Source: Centroscyllium fabricii (lineage: Eukaryota). Taken from it: DNA of 64,000 nt. The DNA is taken from positions 123,876,001 to 123,940,000 of the forward strand of contig JBNRSN020000005.1 in the NCBI GenBank assembly GCA_051313645.2, written 5' to 3'. Below are positions 61,250 through 64,000 of the stretch, piece after piece (position 1 is the first letter of the stretch; the number at the start of each line of letters is the position of its first letter). Both the position numbers and the translations under genes were made by a program. The notes under the pieces were generated by a model that had not been told where the DNA came from, did not search any database, and saw only the letters and a list, made by a program, of their open reading frames with translations.

Positions 61250-61452
61250 CTGGTTACAGCAACTTAATAAAGATTATTTTTTGCTCCAATGGATTATTCA
61301 ATATGTTGATGAGGTAGGTTGAAATGATCCGATTGCAGGTGGTGCAACTGGCAGGTGCTCCATTATATAGGACTGTGGGATGTAGAACATGGATTCCCAA
61401 TCTTGACTGTGTAGCCAGGAGTGGCACCCAGTTGAATCCAATGAGTTGTCCC
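61250..61452 (-). pseudogene. Candidate exon ending in phase 1: ..QLIGFNWVPLLATQSRLGIHVLHPTVLYNGAPASCTTCNRIISTYLINILNNPLEQKIIFIKLL*P; 5' boundary uncertain
   Basis: ORF 61254-61490 runs to TAA-CCA-G|gtaaaa; phase matches the 58798-59526 exon. Confidence 0.4.
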
Positions 61453-61869
61453 AAAGGAAATAAATACACAAACAACTCACCATAGGCCACTCCCTCACAC
61501 CTCTAATAGACCGGCTAAAGAACAGCTTCGACACAGGCCTAAGAGGTCAGCCATCTACCTGCTTGGAAGGGATTGGTGCATGGACTTGGATGACATAAAG
61601 AGGGGACCCAAGCCAAAAGATTACAATAAATTCGATAATTCAGATAAACAAATTGGTGAATTAACACGTCAAAATCGATTATTTAACCTGATCTGATAAA
61701 ATACATGATTGTGATTTTGATTTGGTCCCTTTAATAGGGGAGTAGGATGGACACAGCTTATTTCCTTAATTGGTAAAGGAAAAAAGAATCATAATCAGTC
61801 GATCTAAAAATGATTGTGTTTTTTTAACCACTGAATGCGCAACATTAGTGCAGTATTAGACAGTTTCCT

Positions 61870-62198
61870 GGAATTAAAGGGAATTAGGGGTTATGGTGAA
61901 CGGGCTGGTAAGTGGAAGTGAGGCTAGGTTCAGATCGGCCATGTGATCTCCTGGACCAGTTTTCGATCGCCTAGATGGGTCGGAGAGGAATTTTCCTGAT
62001 TTTTTTCTCCCAAATTGCCTACTGGTTTTTTTAATCTGGTTTTTCGCCTCTCCCAGGTGATCACATTGGTCTGGGCGGGGTGGAGAGTAAAAATAAAATT
62101 GAGGTTAGGATCAGATCAGCCATGATCTTGTTGAATGGCGGAGCAGGCTCGAGGGGCCGATTGGCCTACTCCTGCTCCTATTTCTTATGTTCTTATGT
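61870..62198 (+). mobile_element. CR1 3' end with internal hairpin segment
   Basis: ggaattaggggttatgg...gatcagccatgatc..gcctactcctgctcctatttcttatgttcttatg. Confidence 0.8.
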
Positions 62199-62794
62199 TA
62201 AAGGATTCATGTGCCACATTCTTTGCAGCACCAAGTTTACTGCATGTTGCCAAGATGCAGTAAAATCTAATTAAGTGAAGGTCAAATAGTTAGCACGATA
62301 AAGATACATTTCTAGTTGAAGTTAAAAACAGATCATTTCCATTTTATTATTCATTCAATATCTAAATAAAGGCTTCATTAATTACTAATGAAAAGTGATT
62401 TAGAACAAATATTATTAAAGGAAAATTTCAGGCTTCAAACAGCTTTTATTTACTACACAGAGCACCCTCCAGTACCTATTTTGCAGCAGTAAGTTCATTT
62501 TCATCATTTTATTTACATAGCAAAAGCAAGTTTCATTCTGAAGATTGTCCATTTACTGCACAGCAGTCATTAACTGCTTTGAAGAGATTCAGAGTTCGGT
62601 CACCAGGGAGCTGAAATATCTGCCACTAATTTTAGTAAAAAAAGAGACAGGAGTGAAAAGTGTTATTCTACTTTTTTTTGATAAAATTAGGGAAAACGGG
62701 AATTTTAACCCCTAGATGATGAAGTCAGAGTGTTCACAACAGCTATCTGAAATACAAGAAACCAGAAACACTAACAAAAGGAAAGCTTTATATG

Positions 62795-63740
62795 GAACAA
62801 GGGTCAGAAAACATTAGTGGGAGTGGTACACAGACCTCCAAACAGTAATATGGAGGTTGGGAATGGCATTAGAAAGGAAATTAGAGAAGCTTGCAGTAAG
62901 GGCACAGCAGTCATCATGGGGGACTTTAATTTACATATCGACTGGGCTAATCAAATTAGTAAAAATACTGTTGAGGAATAATTCCTAGAATGTCTACGGG
63001 ACGGTTTTTTTGGAACAATATGTCGAGGAACCAACCAGAGACCAGGCCATCCTAGACTGGGTATTATGTAACGAGGAAGGAGTAATTACCGATCTTGTGG
63101 TACGGGGCCCCTTGGGTCTGAGTGAACATAACATGATCGAATTCCTCATTAGGATGGAGAGTGAGGTAGTGGAATCAGAGACTAGGGTCCTGAATCTAAA
63201 TAAGGGAAACTATGATGGTATGAGGTGCGAATTAAGTAGGATTGACTGGGGAATGTCACTCAAAGGGTTGACAGTAAATAGGCAATGGCAAATATTCAAA
63301 GGCTGCATTGATGGACTACAGAAGTTGTTCATCCCAGTGTGGCACAAGAATAAAACAAAAAGGGTAACGCAACCGTGGCTGACAAGAGAAATTAGGGATA
63401 GCATAAGATCAAAGGAAAGGGCACATAAACTGGCCAAAAAAAGCAGTAACCCTGACGATTGGGAACAGTTTAGGATTCAACAAAGGAGGACAAAGGGATT
63501 AATTAAGAAGGGGAAAATAGAATATGAAAGTAAGCTTGCAGGGAATATAAAAACTGACTAAGAGCTTTTATAGATATGTGAAGAGAAAAAGATTAGTGAA
63601 ATCAAGTGTAGGTCCCTTACAGTCAGAAGCAGGGGAAGTGATAATGGGGAACAAAGAAATGGCAGACCAATTAAATGCATATTTTGGTTCTGTCTTCACA
63701 AAGGAGGACACAAGTAATCTCCCAGAGATATTGGGGAACG
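62795..63740 (+). mobile_element. CR1 ORF2 endonuclease/linker fragment
   Basis: VGVVHRPP..IMGDFN..IDW, then EQYVEEPTRDQAILDWVLCNE..LGLSEHNMIEF (ORF 63010-63561); internal stops. Confidence 0.92.
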
Positions 63741-64000
63741 TAGAAACATAGAAGATAGGAGCAGGAGTAGGCCATTCGGCCCTTCGAGCCTGCTCCGCCA
63801 TTCATTAATCCAAACCCAGCACCTCGCCCCTGCCCTCCCCCCATATCCCTATCGAGCCTGCACCGACACATATCCCACCCTATCCCCGTAACCCCACATA
63901 TTCAATCCCCCTAACACTAAGGGTCAATTTATCATGGCCAATCAACCTAACCCGCACATCTTTGGACTGTGGGAAGAAACCGGAGCACCCGGAGGAAACC
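63741..64000 (-). mobile_element. V-SINE with CR1 tail, runs off the window end
   Basis: Reverse of the V core plus tail cctactcctgctcctatcttctatgtttcta. Confidence 0.9.

Larger units (their letters stand above)
108..61452 (-). pseudogene. Candidate decayed multi-exon protein-coding gene, identity unknown
   Basis: About 14 non-repeat segments bounded by AG/GT splice signals on the minus strand. Two runs of four consecutive exons have matching phases (61250>58798>57807>55260 and 4743>1466>644>108). Most exons carry 1-6 in-frame stops. Confidence 0.5.

Noticed and set aside
61330-61380. P-loop / dynein AAA assignment for VLYNGAPASCTTC
   Set aside because: Lacks the GK of Walker A; the resemblance is too weak to name a gene.
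108-61452. Multi-selenocysteine protein explaining the in-frame stops
   Set aside because: The stops include many TAA and TAG as well as TGA; no SECIS recognised.

Overview
Repeat-rich vertebrate genomic DNA. The repeat families (V-type tRNA-SINEs, CR1 and L2 LINEs, a Deu-domain SINE, Penelope-like elements) point to a cartilaginous fish, probably a shark (inference). No intact host gene is recognisable. The window holds: (1) three Gypsy LTR retrotransposons with CsRn1-clade hallmarks, all on +, each with paired LTRs and a 4-bp TSD; two are nearly intact with one premature stop each and one is internally deleted. (2) Many Penelope-derived fragments carrying minimal hammerhead-ribozyme cores, often as fold-back palindromes with 12-16 bp TSDs. 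(3) A 506-bp palindrome made of two inverted LTR copies inside a single 5-bp TSD. (4) SINEs, LINE fragments, MITEs and two minisatellites. (5) About 14 candidate minus-strand exons spread over the whole window, with mostly canonical splice sites, runs of matching intron phases and scattered in-frame stops; this is best read as a decayed multi-exon gene of unknown identity. All coordinates were read by eye, and boundaries of old repeats are approximate.
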